Shown: positions 46,079 to 54,916 of the stretch, piece after piece
Layout of the letters: each line of letters starts with the position of its first letter
How positions within the stretch are numbered: the stretch's first letter is position 1
Assembly: GCA_904378095.1 (NCBI GenBank)
Contig: CAJFHE010000001.1
Coordinates: 12,018 to 76,017, forward strand
From: an uncultured Clostridia bacterium
GTDB lineage: Bacteria; Bacillota; Clostridia; TANB77; CAG-508
Length of the DNA stretch: 64,000 nt
Direction of reading: 5' to 3'
Made by a program: the position numbers and the translations under genes
The notes under the pieces: model-generated
Seen by the model: only the letters and a program-made list of their open reading frames with translations
Database searches by the model: none
Told to the model about the DNA's origin: nothing

Positions 46079-46951
46079 TCTGCCTTTTTATATTCTATAG
46101 AAGCAAGAAAAAACACACCAGTATCAGATGACCAAGGAAATACAGTAGTAATACCAGGAGGATTCCATTTAGATGAAGATAGTGGAACGAGTGTAGAAGA
46201 AGGAATAGTAATAGAAGATGGTAGTGGTAACCAATTTGTATGGATACCAACAGGAACATACAATGTAACCGAGGCAGTGGATAATGATGGAACAAAAGAT
46301 GGAAAACTAACAAATAATTTAAGTAGAAGAACATTTACAGACACAGGAGCAACAGAGGTAAGTGGAGATAATGTAATTGAAGATTACTTTTATGGAGAAG
46401 GAGATAGTCGTTCAGTAGCATATTCACAAATAGGAGCATTTAAAGACAGTGTAAGTAAAAATGGTGGATTCTATATTGGTAGATACGAATTAGGTACAGG
46501 AAATGTAGTAAAAGCGGGAGTAGCTCCATATACAAATATAACAAGAGATACAGCAAAAAGTCAGATAGAGGCGATGTATAGTGGAAATGGTTATGTAACA
46601 AGTGAGTTAATAAGTAGTTATGCATGGGATACAGCATTAAACTTCATATGTCAAACAAATATTGCAGGATATACATTAGCTAGAACAACAAGTAGTAGTT
46701 ACGGTAATATATATACAGGAAGTAGGCAAAATACAGGAGCATATGAAGCAGATAATTATAGTAATATCCATGATTTACTAGGTAATTGTAGAGAATGGAC
46801 TACAGAGTACTTTAGTCGTAGCTACGGTCCTTGCGTGTCTATGGGTGGCAATTACAGCACCGGCCTCTACTACGCAGCCGTTCGTAGCAACAGCAGTACG
46901 AGCTATTCCAACGATGACATCTCAGCCCGTGCCCAGCTTTATTTAAAGTAG
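46079..46951 (+). pseudogene. FGE-sulfatase / C-type-lectin-fold protein lacking an in-frame N-terminus, with a DGR-VR-like 3' end
   Basis: The frame is open from 46079 with no ATG (first start-like codon is GTG 46277). GGFYIGRYE and HDLLGNCREWTTE are SUMF1/FGE-like motifs. The last 126 nt are compositionally aberrant. Confidence 0.65.
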
Positions 46952-47174
46952 TTCTGTAACCTGCAAAAAAATAGAGAAGATGAACAAAAGAGAAAATTGG
47001 TAAAAGTAGTTGCATTAAAACATGCGTGTTTATGAGATAATAAACATGTAAAAAATATAGCATAAAGACCTTGCCAAGGAAAAACAAGCGGTGTATAATA
47101 TGTGTGTAATAACATTATATTATTCACCGCTTTGCTAATAAGAGTAGCTAAAAGTATAGCTAAAGGAGATAGCC

Positions 47175-48440
47175 ATGGATATTACTAAAGCTAAAGAAAT
47201 AAATGTAAATTTATATACCAGATACAAAATGCTGTCATGGGATTTGCTTTTTTACTATGCTATCATTTTCTTGTTTTTTACTCAAACCAAAGGCATAAGT
47301 GCAGCGGATGTGCTACTTGCGGAGTCTTTTTATCCTATTTTTAAAATTATCTTTCTTATTCCGGCAACTATTCTAATTGATTCATTAGGTAAGAGAAAGA
47401 GTTTAATTATAGGCAACTTTTTCTTATTCTTGTCAATTTTGACATATATAATTGGATTAAATTTTGTTTTTATAGTTGTAGGGGAGTTATTTTCTGCAGT
47501 AGGCTTCATCATAAAAGGTGTATGTGAGTCTAATATGATTTATGACTCTCTTGAAAAAGATGAAAAAAGAGGTACAAGATTTGCAAAAATAGAGGGAAAA
47601 GGTACGTCATACTATTATTACATAGATGCAGTTTCATCAGTGATTGCAGGTTTATTGTTTTCTATAAATGGCTATATTCCAATGATTTTGTGCTTGATTT
47701 GTACTGCTATTTCGCTATATCTTTCTACTAAATTTAAGGATATAGATGAAAAGCACAAGGTAGATAAATATAAAATATATAAAGAATGCAAGGATTTGTT
47801 TAATTCATTTAAGCTATTTGGAAAGTCTCCAAGACTTAAAAATTTGATATTCTTTGGTGCGTTAATTTCAGCAATAATACTATCTTTAACAATGCTTAGA
47901 AGCAGCATTATGCAAGATATTGGCATACCTTCTGAATATTTTGGAATTATTTTTGCGGTACTTGGGCTTGTTTCTGGAATTGCTGCAAAAAATGAAAATA
48001 GATTCCACAAGAAGTTTCGCAACAGAACTCTTACAAGTCTAGCAATTCCTTTGGTGTTTTCATGCATTGTTATAGGTGTTTTTTGTAGTGCAAATTTAGG
48101 ATACGGAGCTAATGTGGCTGTGGTGTTAATGGCATTTTTAGTGCAATACATTGCAAGGGGACCATTTTATCCATTAATAAAACAATACATGAATAATTTT
48201 ACAACCGCAAGTTTACGCAATAAAATATCATCATCGTTTAATTTACTAGAAAATATTTTAAGATTTTTGATAACATTTGCAGCATCAAATTTACTTAGAG
48301 TAACGACCACAGCCAATACATTTACTGTGCTTGGTTGCATATTGAGTATTATTGTTGTGCTTATGCTAGACAACATGAAGAAAAAGGTAGGGTTAAAGCC
48401 AGAGCAGTATTCGAGCAGAGATACAAAAATATTGTTGTAA
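47175..48440 (+). CDS. MFS-type transporter
   Basis: 421 aa with about 12 TM helices in a 6+6 layout and a central charged loop. Confidence 0.7.
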   Translation: MDITKAKEINVNLYTRYKMLSWDLLFYYAIIFLFFTQTKGISAADVLLAESFYPIFKIIFLIPATILIDSLGKRKSLIIGNFFLFLSILTYIIGLNFVFIVVGELFSAVGFIIKGVCESNMIYDSLEKDEKRGTRFAKIEGKGTSYYYYIDAVSSVIAGLLFSINGYIPMILCLICTAISLYLSTKFKDIDEKHKVDKYKIYKECKDLFNSFKLFGKSPRLKNLIFFGALISAIILSLTMLRSSIMQDIGIPSEYFGIIFAVLGLVSGIAAKNENRFHKKFRNRTLTSLAIPLVFSCIVIGVFCSANLGYGANVAVVLMAFLVQYIARGPFYPLIKQYMNNFTTASLRNKISSSFNLLENILRFLITFAASNLLRVTTTANTFTVLGCILSIIVVLMLDNMKKKVGLKPEQYSSRDTKILL

Positions 48441-48458
48441 ATATTTGACGCTTATTTT

Positions 48459-49436
48459 TTACAAAAATAACCCAACCATATATAAACTAAAAATCAATAA
48501 CAATACAAATCCTTTAAATCTAGTAATAGTATTTTTCTTCCCAATAAAATTAAACATCCAAAGTATAAATGTAGATATGCATAATAAAATTAGATTTTGA
48601 TTGAATTTGCTAGAAAATTCTAAAGGTGTAATTACAGCTCCAACTCCTAAAATCAAAAATAAGTTAAGTACACATGAGCCTACTAAATTTCCTACAGCCA
48701 AATCTGTATCTTTTCTAATTACTGCTATAATAGATGTGATAAGCTCTGGCATAGCAGTACCAATAGCGACTATTGTTAATCCTATTACTCTTTCAGATAT
48801 GTTAAAATGCTCGGCAATTAGGGTAGCATTATCTACTACAAAATCTCCACCAAATTTTAATAAAACAACACCAATTACAATAAATATTATGGAAAGAAAC
48901 ACATTGATTTTTTTAGAGTTTCCACTAATTTTATCTTCTTTATATGATTTCGCAATATCTTTTATTTCTGTAAAAATAGGGTATGTAAAATAAACTGCAA
49001 ATAAAATCAAAAGCAAAATTCCATCTATTCTATCAATAAAAGCACTGCTACTACTTAAAGAGCTTAACTCCATTATTAATATAACAATGGCAGCAAATAG
49101 AGCGATAGGAATGTGGATTTTTTTAGCTTCATTATCTATTACAAGAGGACGAATGAGTGCCATTAAACCTAATATAAATAATATGTTACAAAGATTGCTA
49201 CCAATAGCATTACCTATAATTAAATCTGTCGCACCAGCCTGAGCAGAAGTGATAGTTATAATTAATTCCGGAGCAGAAGTTCCTAATGCTACAATTGTTA
49301 AACCTATTAGCATTTCTGGTATGCGAAACTTAGTAGCAATATTGCTAGCACCTCTTACTAAAAGGTCAGCACCTATTACCAACAGCACAAAACCTAAAAT
49401 TACCATTAGTATATTTATAAACATATAATCCTCCAA
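48459..49436 (-). CDS. Ca2+/Na+ antiporter (CaCA/YrbG family)
   Basis: Two alpha-repeat motifs (GTSAPEL and GTAMPEL) and 10 TM helices. Confidence 0.85.
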   Translation of the reverse strand: MEDYMFINILMVILGFVLLVIGADLLVRGASNIATKFRIPEMLIGLTIVALGTSAPELIITITSAQAGATDLIIGNAIGSNLCNILFILGLMALIRPLVIDNEAKKIHIPIALFAAIVILIMELSSLSSSSAFIDRIDGILLLILFAVYFTYPIFTEIKDIAKSYKEDKISGNSKKINVFLSIIFIVIGVVLLKFGGDFVVDNATLIAEHFNISERVIGLTIVAIGTAMPELITSIIAVIRKDTDLAVGNLVGSCVLNLFLILGVGAVITPLEFSSKFNQNLILLCISTFILWMFNFIGKKNTITRFKGFVLLLIFSLYMVGLFL

Positions 49437-49522
49437 ATTTCTATCTTTTAAAATTATACACTTTTTTTATTAAGTTATTCAAGTGTCAAGCTAAAATTTG
49501 TAAATTCTTGATTGTTAATAAA

Positions 49523-49553
49523 CTTGTTTTTTTCCTCCGTCCCCAAAAACAAG
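49523..49553 (-). repeat. 31-nt palindromic element R31, copy 5
   Basis: Exact copy in a divergent intergenic region. Confidence 0.95.
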
Positions 49554-49648
49554 TTTATAAAAAATATTTATAATTTTTCTTGATTTATTGTTATACAAAT
49601 GATAAAATATTTAAGTAAAAGTGGAAATTAAGGAGGAAGTACTAAAAA

Positions 49649-50068
49649 ATGAAGAAAAAAATAGCTACCATAGTTATGATAACTATATTTGCACTAGCTT
49701 TATTTACAACATTTGTAAGTGCTACAAATGCAAGCACAAATACAGCGGATTTACAAAATGATTCAACTGTAAATCTTGTACAAATAAAAGATAGAGAGCT
49801 AGAAACTTTGCAAGATTATCAAGAATCTTATGGAGACGCCACATATGGTTTTGTAGCGTATGTATTAAATATTATTAGAATATATAGCATACCATTTGGA
49901 TTTGTAGGAATTGCAATAAGTGGTATTTATAGATATATCATAGGAATAAGAAAGCTAGATGTACGTGACAAAGGTTTTGGAGCTATGATAGGTATTATAA
50001 CAGTAATGGTGATTTGTCAAATTTTGCCATTAGTATTCGCGATAGTTGTAAAAGGCTGGAGGGGTTAA
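49649..50068 (+). CDS. small secreted/membrane protein (signal peptide + 2 TM), function unknown
   Basis: AGGAGGAAG RBS. 139 aa. Stop lies 3 nt before the next start. Confidence 0.5.
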   Translation: MKKKIATIVMITIFALALFTTFVSATNASTNTADLQNDSTVNLVQIKDRELETLQDYQESYGDATYGFVAYVLNIIRIYSIPFGFVGIAISGIYRYIIGIRKLDVRDKGFGAMIGIITVMVICQILPLVFAIVVKGWRG

Positions 50069-50071
50069 CAA

Positions 50072-52468
50072 ATGAAAGTATTATTTGCCGTTAATAATGA
50101 AAGTATTTCTGAATCAATTATTAAGAAATATCAGCAAGAATACAAAGAGATTATATCAAGTAAAAATGTATATTACTTTGATGCAATTACTAGAGAATTG
50201 CAGAAGGATAAATCTTATGACAGAATTGTTATAAGTGAAGATGTAGAGCCATTTGCTAATAATAATTATGGCGTTATAGACAAATTTATATTTGAAAGAT
50301 TAGACAGTATAAGTGATGAAGCTACATCTAATAATGGACAAGATATTCCAATAATACTAATCTGTGCAGATAGAAGAACAAAATCTGAAAACTTTTTTGT
50401 AAAAATATTTGGAATTGGAATTTATAGTGCATTAATTGGTCAAGATAGAACAATATCTAAAGTATGTGAATTAATTAACAAACCTCGTAGCAAGAAAGAT
50501 GCAAAGATTTATTATAGAATTGATACTGATGATGTAGATTATAAGGCAGAAGGTGAAGGCGATGTTAATGAGGTTGAAATTCAAAATATTTTAAATCATT
50601 ATAAAAGATTAGGAAAAAACGAAGAAGAATATGTAAAAAGCTTTGATAATATAGCTGAGCAATATACAGATGCACAATTGAAAGTAATTTGTAGGTTTTT
50701 ACCTTTAAATGTAAAAGCAGTTCTAGAAGCAAATTCACCAAAATATCAAGAATTAATTACATTTGGAACAGTAACTCCAAATACTAGTCAGCTTGGAGGA
50801 AGAAAAGCTAAATATGTTCCTAATAAAGAATATCAGGATACAAAAAAAGCAAATAAAAGTGGAAGCTCAGATAATTTAGAAATCATAGAAAAGAATATAG
50901 GTAAATCAGAATTAACTAAACCTGTAGTTATTCCATCGGTTGCAGGAGTAAGAAGACAAGAAGAAACTATAGAAACAACGCAAAATAACAATTTTAACTC
51001 ACAAGCAATGCAAACAGCGGTGCAGAACGAAACGCAGGCTACCACAAATACATTAGAAAAAGATGCTCTTAATCAGGATGAAATAGAAAATATTTTACAA
51101 TCAGTAGAATCTAACATCTCTGAGCAAAGTGCAGAACCACCAAAAAGAAAAAGGGGTAGACCAAAGAAAAATCCAGATGGTGCAGCTACTGTACAGGTTA
51201 CTACAGAAGAGCAACCTAAAAAGAGGAGAGGCAGACCAAGAAAGGTTGATGTGGCAGCTCAAAATGCTGATAATGGAAATGCCGAGCAGGTAGAAACTAG
51301 CGAAGCTGTAAATCTATTTGATATGGCAACAGACAATGAGGATAATGGAGGATTAATATTACCAGGACTAGATGATGAGCAAGTTGCAACAGAGCAACCT
51401 AAAGGAGAAAGCGAAGTAGATTTATTTAATTTAGGAAATAGTAATGAAGAAGAGCCAATTGCTTCCAGCAATACTGAGAATATTATGTATCAAAATCAAT
51501 ATGCTCATCAAAATAATAGTTTTTCAAAAACGTCTACTACTCAAGAGCTTGAAACATCACATGCATATAATCCAAATGAGGCTGCAGATTTTAAAAACTT
51601 ACTTAGTATGTCAAATAAATTAGTTGCTTTTGTAGGCACATCTAAAAATGGTACATCATTTTTAGTAAATAGTGTGGCAGAAAATTTATCAAGAAAAGGA
51701 ATAAAAACTGCTATATTAGATTTAACTCAAAATAAAAATGCATATTATATATATACTCAAAATGATGAAGAACTAAGAAAAATAGCATTTTCTTGCATGG
51801 AGAATTTGGAAAATGGAATAGATAAGGGAATAGAAGTAAATAAAAATTTAACAGTATTTACAACTTTACCAGATAGAAATGTACAATATAACGACTACAA
51901 AAATATAATTGCAACTTTAAATAAAAACTATTCTTTAGTAATAATGGATTGCGATTATGAAACAAATTATGCATATTTTGATTTTGCGCAGGAGATTTAT
52001 TTGGTGCAAAGCTATGATATATTAACAATACAACCATTGACAGCATTTTTAAGAAACCTAAAAACAAACAATATATTAGATCCAAATAAATTAAGAATAG
52101 TGCTAAATAAGGTTTTAAGAGTAAGAAGTATATCAGATAAAGTTATAATTGGAGGCATGTCTTCATATAATGACCCTTCTATGTCATACATGACAGAGTT
52201 ATTTGATAAAGATAATGTACAATATTGTACAATACCATTTGACCAAGAGGTATATTCAAAATATTTAGATGGATTAGTAAATTGCGAAATATCAACTAAA
52301 GGATATCCTAAAAATTTTAATGCTAGTTTAGAAAAATTAGCTAATATGATATATCCTTTACTAAATAATGATAAGCCAGCAAATAAATTTAATGCTTTTA
52401 ATCAACCAACAAATGGCTTTTCAAGCAATATGAATGCAACTTTAAATAAAATGAAAAATAGATATTAA
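50072..52468 (+). CDS. pseudo-receiver domain + disordered linker with two AT-hooks + degenerate ParA/MinD(TadZ/CpaE)-like domain
   Basis: N-terminal CheY-like alternating pattern lacking obvious acidic-pocket residues. KRKRGRPKK and KKRRGRPRK. C-terminal VAFVGTSKNGTSFLV...AILDL...LVIMDCD. Confidence 0.55.
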   Translation: MKVLFAVNNESISESIIKKYQQEYKEIISSKNVYYFDAITRELQKDKSYDRIVISEDVEPFANNNYGVIDKFIFERLDSISDEATSNNGQDIPIILICADRRTKSENFFVKIFGIGIYSALIGQDRTISKVCELINKPRSKKDAKIYYRIDTDDVDYKAEGEGDVNEVEIQNILNHYKRLGKNEEEYVKSFDNIAEQYTDAQLKVICRFLPLNVKAVLEANSPKYQELITFGTVTPNTSQLGGRKAKYVPNKEYQDTKKANKSGSSDNLEIIEKNIGKSELTKPVVIPSVAGVRRQEETIETTQNNNFNSQAMQTAVQNETQATTNTLEKDALNQDEIENILQSVESNISEQSAEPPKRKRGRPKKNPDGAATVQVTTEEQPKKRRGRPRKVDVAAQNADNGNAEQVETSEAVNLFDMATDNEDNGGLILPGLDDEQVATEQPKGESEVDLFNLGNSNEEEPIASSNTENIMYQNQYAHQNNSFSKTSTTQELETSHAYNPNEAADFKNLLSMSNKLVAFVGTSKNGTSFLVNSVAENLSRKGIKTAILDLTQNKNAYYIYTQNDEELRKIAFSCMENLENGIDKGIEVNKNLTVFTTLPDRNVQYNDYKNIIATLNKNYSLVIMDCDYETNYAYFDFAQEIYLVQSYDILTIQPLTAFLRNLKTNNILDPNKLRIVLNKVLRVRSISDKVIIGGMSSYNDPSMSYMTELFDKDNVQYCTIPFDQEVYSKYLDGLVNCEISTKGYPKNFNASLEKLANMIYPLLNNDKPANKFNAFNQPTNGFSSNMNATLNKMKNRY

Positions 52469-52499
52469 GAAACATAGAAAATAAAAGAGGTGATATCTT

Positions 52500-53594
52500 T
52501 TGATAATAGTAGTAATATTAATACTAGTGGTTATTATAATATTACTTATGGTGTACAACATGTCCATACACAAAAAAATCCAGAATTTTAATAATCTTAA
52601 TCAAAAAATAACAAATTTAAATATTTTACAAGACTTTATGGATACGATTAGTGAATCGACATCAGTAGAAGAAAAAATAAATCAAATAAATAACATCATT
52701 ATTGAAAGATATCAAATCGATTATTCTACAATTGTTGTATATGATGGAACAAAATATGTTGTAAAAGCGTCAAATGTAGATGGAAAACATTGGAATGCAT
52801 TAAGTAATTTACAGTCTGAAGATTTATTTAAAGAAAGCGTACAGACATCTGTACCTAAATATGTTACAGTAGAAAATGAAAGTGAAAGATTACCATATCA
52901 AAAAATGGAATTTGCTAGAGCAAAATGTGCAATGTTTTTCCCTTTATATATTGACAATGTATATATTGGGTACTGGCTATTAGAAGGCAGCAAACCACAT
53001 GAATTTGACTCAATAGATACTACAATATTAGAGGTAATTAGAAATAACATTGTTGCTATTTTAAAAACAGTTGAAAATCAAAAAATTATTGAAAGTATAG
53101 TTAGAAATGATAAATACAGTGAGCTAAAAACAGCAGAATACTTATACGGAGAAGGAAGAAAAACAATTGATAAATATACAACTTCAACAGTGTGTATGTT
53201 TAGAATAATTAATTTGGAAGAAATAAATGAAGATATAAGTAGAAAAACAGGAGATACAATTATAACTAAAGTATGTGAAGCTGTAAGAAGTAATCTTTCT
53301 AGTGAATACATCTTTGTAAGGTATATGGGACCAAAGTTTGCAATTGTATTTTCTGGAATAGATAAAAAAGCGGTAGCAAGCTTTATGGAGCAAATTAAAG
53401 AGCAGGTTGAAGCTATAGAGCTAGAGCCTGTTGATGTGGAATTTGAAGATCAAGAGGAAGTTTTAGCTAAGCCAAAGATAAATATCATAATGTCTACATA
53501 TTATAAAGGAACTGCATTGGAGGGAGTGTTAAAGAAACTTGAAGAATATTTAGATAAAGCTGATAAGAATGAAAACAAAATAAATGAATTATAG
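52500..53594 (+). CDS. membrane-anchored sensor-like protein with a degenerate GGDEF domain
   Basis: N-terminal TM. The C-terminal pattern matches GGDEF topology (...GDTIITKVCEAVRSNL...VRYMGPKFAIVF), but GGDEF is replaced by MGPKF. Confidence 0.5.
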   Translation: MIIVVILILVVIIILLMVYNMSIHKKIQNFNNLNQKITNLNILQDFMDTISESTSVEEKINQINNIIIERYQIDYSTIVVYDGTKYVVKASNVDGKHWNALSNLQSEDLFKESVQTSVPKYVTVENESERLPYQKMEFARAKCAMFFPLYIDNVYIGYWLLEGSKPHEFDSIDTTILEVIRNNIVAILKTVENQKIIESIVRNDKYSELKTAEYLYGEGRKTIDKYTTSTVCMFRIINLEEINEDISRKTGDTIITKVCEAVRSNLSSEYIFVRYMGPKFAIVFSGIDKKAVASFMEQIKEQVEAIELEPVDVEFEDQEEVLAKPKINIIMSTYYKGTALEGVLKKLEEYLDKADKNENKINEL

Positions 53595-53606
53595 GAGGTA
53601 TGTAAT

Positions 53607-53864
53607 ATGTCAAACATGGATGAAACAGTAAGTTTTAAGGTAGAGAGAGATAAAAGCATTAAAGCCAGAGAAATTCTAAAAGAAGTATATAATGCTTTAC
53701 AAGAAAAAGGTTACAACCCAATAAATCAAATAGTGGGATATATCTTATCAGGAGATCCTACATATATAACAAGCCATAATAATGCTAGGAATTTAATTAG
53801 ACAAATAGAAAGAGATGAATTGCTAGAGAAAATGGTAAAAAATTATATAGGATTAGATGAGTAA
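53607..53864 (+). CDS. ireB: IreB-family regulatory phosphoprotein (UPF0297)
   Basis: [20 protein letters not shown] signature. Confidence 0.85.
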   Translation: MSNMDETVSFKVERDKSIKAREILKEVYNALQEKGYNPINQIVGYILSGDPTYITSHNNARNLIRQIERDELLEKMVKNYIGLDE

Positions 53865-54292
53865 TGAGAAAATTAGGAATAGATTATGGAGATAGCAGAG
53901 TAGGACTAGCTATAACGGATGAACTTGGAATAACTGTTCAAGGCTTAGAAACTGTGCATCATAAAGGAAATGATAAAATAGTATTAAAAAGATTGGAAGA
54001 AATATGCAATCAATACGAAATTGATACTATGGTAGTGGGCCTTCCAATAAATATGGATGGAAGAAAAGCTGAGAGAGTTGAAGTTACAGAAAAGTTTATT
54101 CATAAATTAAGATGCAAATTTAACAAAATAAAAATAGAAGAAATAGACGAAAGGCTTACTACTGTTGCTGCTCATAGAACTATGAATTATCTTAATATAA
54201 ATAAAAATGAAAAAAAGAATATTGTGGATACCATATCGGCTGTGTACATTTTAGAAACATATATGAATAAAATAAAGAATACAAAAGAGTAG
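53864..54292 (+). CDS. ruvX: Holliday junction resolvase-like RuvX/YqgF
   Basis: LGIDYGDSRVGLAI.D and VVGLP.NMDG motifs. Confidence 0.9.
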   Translation: MRKLGIDYGDSRVGLAITDELGITVQGLETVHHKGNDKIVLKRLEEICNQYEIDTMVVGLPINMDGRKAERVEVTEKFIHKLRCKFNKIKIEEIDERLTTVAAHRTMNYLNINKNEKKNIVDTISAVYILETYMNKIKNTKE

Positions 54293-54406
54293 TTGATTAT
54301 ATGCAATCTAAAAGTTGGTATAGTATTTAAAAAATAACAAATAATATGAAGTAGTTATTAATATTGTAGAAATACAAAAATATAAATTTTGAAAGGAGAA
54401 TAAAAA

Positions 54407-54727
54407 ATGAATGACGATGTAAACAATGTTCCAAACGAGCAAGAAGGAGAGGAACTAGATAATATAATAGTGTTAAATGATGAAAACGGAGATGAAATTG
54501 AATTTGAATTCTTAGATTTAATCGAATACGAAGGAGAAGAATATGTAGTATTATTGCCACATGATGAGGAAGAAGATGCAGATGAAGTTGTAATACTAAA
54601 ATTAGAAGACACAGATTCAGAAGATGAGGAATCATATGTTAGTGTTGATGACGAAGATGTATTACAAGCTGTATTTGATATTTTTAAAGAGAAATTCAAA
54701 GATGAGTTTAATTTCATAGACGAGTAG
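54407..54727 (+). CDS. DUF1292-family acidic protein
   Basis: D.NG.E..FE.LD.IEYEGEEYVVLLP pattern in the usual ireB-ruvX-DUF1292 order. Confidence 0.8.
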   Translation: MNDDVNNVPNEQEGEELDNIIVLNDENGDEIEFEFLDLIEYEGEEYVVLLPHDEEEDADEVVILKLEDTDSEDEESYVSVDDEDVLQAVFDIFKEKFKDEFNFIDE

Positions 54728-54736
54728 AGAGTGAAA

Positions 54737-54765
54737 CATGGGGACAGATTAAATCTGTCCTCATG
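54737..54765. repeat. CATGGGGACAGATT-A-AATCTGTCCTCATG hairpin (GAC-hairpin family)
   Basis: Read directly. Followed by a partial duplication of GTTTTTGGAGACG and R31 copy 6. Confidence 0.85.
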
Positions 54766-54778
54766 TTTTTGGAGACGT

Positions 54779-54809
54779 CTTGTTTTTGGAGACGGAGGAA
54801 AAAAACAAG
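54779..54809 (+). repeat. 31-nt palindromic element R31, copy 6 (one substitution, GGAGAC)
   Basis: cttgtttttggagacggaggaaaaaaacaag. Confidence 0.9.
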
Positions 54810-54916
54810 ATTTTACTTAGTAAAATATAAATAGTATAAGAAATTTTAATCAAACTAATGCAAAATATGTAATAATATGTTACAATAGAATTAGATTTTA
54901 AAAGGAGGAAGCACAG

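Noticed and set aside
45660-47175. Complete DGR cassette (RT, Avd, template repeat) next to the VR-like segment
   Set aside because: I looked for an A-rich near-copy of 46814-46939 and for any ORF with reverse-transcriptase motifs (Y-x-D-D) in all six frames of the window, and found none. Only the VR-like signature is reported.
1199-54809. Could the six 31-nt repeats be a CRISPR array or its remnants?
   Set aside because: The copies are tens of kb apart, in both orientations, without regularly sized spacers, a leader or cas genes. This is a dispersed palindromic element, not a CRISPR array.
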